Positions 61,230 to 64,000 of a DNA stretch of 64,000 bases are shown here, piece by piece. The stretch's first letter is position 1, and each line of letters starts with the position of its first letter. The position numbers and the translations under genes are program-made. Source of the DNA: Selaginella moellendorffii (lineage: Eukaryota > Plantae > Lycopodiophyta); the NCBI RefSeq assembly GCF_000143415.4, contig NW_003314264.1, positions 1,380,733 to 1,444,732 of the forward strand, given 5' to 3'. Under the pieces are notes generated by a model, which saw only the letters and a program-made list of their open reading frames with translations, ran no database searches and had not been told where the DNA came from.

Positions 61230-62158
61230 TCAACTAGCCCCGAAAATGGATGGCGCTTAAGCGCGTGGCCTATGCCCGGCCATCGCGGCGATTGCGAGGC
61301 CCCGATGATTAGGAGGGCGTGGGGGTTGTGGTACAGCTCTGGGCACGAGCCTAAGTGAAATGGCCCCTAGTGCAGATCTTGGTGGTAGTAGCAAGTATTC
61401 AAATGAGAACTTTGAAGACTGAAGTGGAGAAAGGTTCCATGTGAATAGCAATTGGACATGGGTTAGTCAATCCTAAGAGATGGGGAAATCCTGTGTGAAG
61501 GGCGCAATGCGCTCCGCCCATCGAAAGGGAAGCGGGTTAATATTCCCAGGCAGTGGGCGGTAACGCCGACGAATCTAGAGACACTGGCGGGGGCCCCGGG
61601 AAGAGTTATCTTTTCTTTTTAACAGCCTGCCGACCCTAAAATCAGTTCAACCAGAGATAGGGTCTCACGGCCGGCAGAGCACCGCACGTCTTGCGGTGTC
61701 TGGTGCGCCCCTGGCGGTCCTTGAAAATCTGGAGGAGCGAGTGTTGAGCTTGCCCAGTCATACTCATAACCGCATCAGGTCTCCAAGGTGAGCAGCCTCT
61801 AGTCGATGGAACAATGTAGGTAAGGGAAGTCGGCAAAATGGATCCATAACTTCGGGAAAAGGATTGGCTCTGAGGGTTGGGCTTAGGGGTCTGCGGCTTG
61901 ACCCTGTAGGCTGCTGGTGGTCTGCCCGAGCTGCTTGCGCGGCGAGGGCGGGCCCCGGCGTGCCGACCTGGTGAGGGACGCAGAACGCCCCTCCCCGTGG
62001 GGGGCATTCCCTAGGCATCGAACAACCGACTTAGAACTGGAACAGACAAGGGGAATCCGACTGTTTAATTAAAACAAAGCATTGCGATGGTCTCTGCGGA
62101 TGTTGACGCAATGTGATTTCTGCCTAGTGCTCTGAATGTCAAAGTGAAGAAATTCAAC

Positions 62159-62231
<73 letters not shown>

Positions 62232-62317
62232 TGCGCATGAATGGATTAATGAGATTCCCACTATCCCTATCTACTATCTAGCGAAACCACATCCAAGGGA
62301 ACGGGCTTGGAAGAATC

Positions 62318-62357
<40 letters not shown>

Positions 62358-62365
62358 ACTTTGTT
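58345..62365 (+). rRNA. Orphan 26S/25S rRNA gene fragment (likely a pseudogene), interrupted at 59252-61069
   Basis: Universal LSU motifs GTACCGCGAGGGAAAGATGAAAAG, GTCTTGAAACACGGACCAAGGAG, GGACCCGAAAGATGGTGAACTATG, GCAGATCTTGGTGGTAGTAG, GACTCTCTTAAGGTAGCCAAATGCC, GGGGAAAGAAGACCCTGTTGAG; no 5.8S/ITS2 upstream; many transitions at invariant sites. Confidence 0.95.
59252..61069. mobile_element. Unclassified 1818-bp insertion in 26S rDNA
   Basis: Flanks CCATTTTTGGT| and |AAGCAGAACTGGCG rejoin to the canonical rRNA sequence with no bases lost and no clear target-site duplication. Confidence 0.7.
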
Positions 62366-64000
62366 AAATAGGGTATTTTATTTTCCAGTAAAAAACCAAA
62401 AAGACTGGGCATGGTTTTGTTGGGTACAAATCCAGCTAAAGAGCCTTTACCTAGAGGAGCCTACAATGGAAGTACCTACGGAAAGGGGGGTTGCTCGCGA
62501 GCTGGTGCCCGAAGGTCTTCCTAGATGTGACACTTGGAACCATTCATCCGGCGGTGTCCACATCCATTCCCGAGTACCTGCCTCCCCTTGCTTCCACAAA
62601 AAATGCTAGATCTGTGCCTCTTTTTTTGCTTTTTCTGGACCATTTCTCCATCCTCTCTTTTCCAGCTGTAGGACACGGGCTGCTGCTGCAGTTATCATTC
62701 TAGTCCACACCCGTGATGCCACCACCCTTGGTCCTTCTTCCTTGTCATTGAAAATCCTGTTACACCAGGCTTTCCACACTTCCCACATTGTAATTCCTCG
62801 CAATAGATCTACTATCTCTGATGGAATTCCCTCTGTGTCTGTTCTCGTTGTGTTGAGCTGATCGAACCACGGTGCCTCTTCTTCTTTTGAGGACCATTTC
62901 CAAGAGTCTGTTCCATTTCTCATTCCTGTAGCAGCTTCGCCCCACACTGCTGCTTCATACGTGAGGCACACTTGTCTTTGGGAGTGTTGTTGCAGCAACC
63001 AGCACGTGCTTCTCCACACGTCTTGTGTGCTTTCACATTCCCATAGTATGTGCCTTTGTGTCTCCCTCGCTCCGCATTTATCACATGTTTGGTCCAAGAG
63101 ATGTATATTCCGCTTAGATGGTAGTCGGTCTTGCATTGTCAACCACATAAAATATCTTGTTTTTGCTGCCCACTGTCCATTCCGTAGTCCTTTTAAAGTC
63201 TCTTGTTGCATCCTGTCTTGTATGTTAGCTCGTTTCATCCTTGATATCAGCAGCGAGTCACTGCGCGGGCAAATAAGCCTTCTTCCCAATCTTGTTTCGT
63301 ATGCAAAGAACTCTTCTTTTTTTCACCCTTGCCAATTCCATTCCATTGGATCCCAGGTCAGCTCACTTAATTTTTGTTGCCTAAACCAGTACATCCTAGC
63401 TACTAGGCCTTCCGATATCTTCGGGTCCATTGTTGCTGTTTTCTTATCCATTTTTATAACTCGTATCGGCTCTGCTCTTGACATGTCTGGTCGTGGACTT
63501 TCCTCGGGCACCTTGTATGGTAATAGTCGACCTGCCACCCTGACTTCGAAGACAACACACTTTGCCTGGTCTTGAGTTGCCGTATATATCACCTTTTCCT
63601 CGGCTATCCACCATGCTGGTGTCGTTTCTCTGACTTCCCTAATGCTCTGTTTGCAGTTCCTTCGTGCTCCTTCAAAGGCTGTTTCGAACTTTTTCAAGCG
63701 GTGTGCTGAAATTTCCAGCCCGTAGAAAGCTTTTAGTCTATCTCTGTTCATTTCTGTTTCCCCCACTTTTATTATCGAGTTGGCTTCTGCAAATGTTCTC
63801 ATCCCAACCCTGTGGAGATCCCGGCATACCTTGTCTATTTCTCTGTTCCCTGTTTCCCCCAGACTTTTCCCTTTATACTGAAACAGCTTATTAAGGAATA
63901 TTGGTTGTTGGTCCACCTTGTAACTGTTTGCCGGTTTTCTTTTTTCCATCTTGCTCTTGAGTTCTTTCCATAGCCTGAATAATTTTCCAGAGAACGTATT
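62366..64000 (-). mobile_element. L1/Tx1-like LINE, ORF2 C-terminus and 3' end, antisense to the rDNA
   Basis: zf-RVT-type CDKCGARETQRHILWEC and ITMWEVWKAWCNRIFND; ORFs 63323-63949 and 62606-63289 are in frame across one TGA; AATAAA (minus strand) near the junction; runs off the window. Confidence 0.85.

Noticed and set aside
58305-62018. ORFs overlapping the rDNA segments (e.g. 58305-58913, 58941-59171, 61642-62007)
   Set aside because: Well-known spurious antisense-rRNA translations.
62190-62290. R2/R1 retrotransposon or Pokey insertion
   Set aside because: The target region TTAAGGTAGCCAAATGCC is uninterrupted.
1-64000. CRISPR arrays, tRNA genes, prokaryotic operons
   Set aside because: No regularly spaced repeats or cloverleafs noticed; the DNA is intron-containing plant nuclear sequence.

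Overview
Eukaryotic land-plant nuclear DNA. Tiny (~50-60 nt) introns, very short intergenic spacers and PLS-class PPR genes suggest a Selaginella-like lycophyte (inference). The left ~34 kb is a compact gene block: ABCC transporter, a MITE-like foldback, a frameshifted fungal-like P-loop NTPase, PLS-E PPR, IPK2, FPP coiled-coil protein, RAD51D, NDC1, ALG11, CCT4, UBP3/4 and a nuclear plastid-type IF1. Interleaved with these are four related, unrecognised secreted proteins (signal peptide, one phase-1 intron, GPGG-rich tracts, duplicated amphipathic helical unit), which are the best candidate for an undescribed system. The right ~30 kb is a rearranged accessory region. A three-gene cassette (FGKHKG-domain PPR, NlpI-like TPR, bacterial-like 2OG-Fe(II) oxygenase) occurs about three times (two direct, one inverted), with only one intact copy of each gene. 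There is also a decayed Ty3/gypsy pol, PPR and LINE debris, and an orphan 26S rDNA fragment with a methylation-decay signature. That fragment carries a precise 1.8-kb insertion in the GTPase-associated centre and is cut off by an antisense LINE. Exon boundaries were read by eye and no database searches were run.
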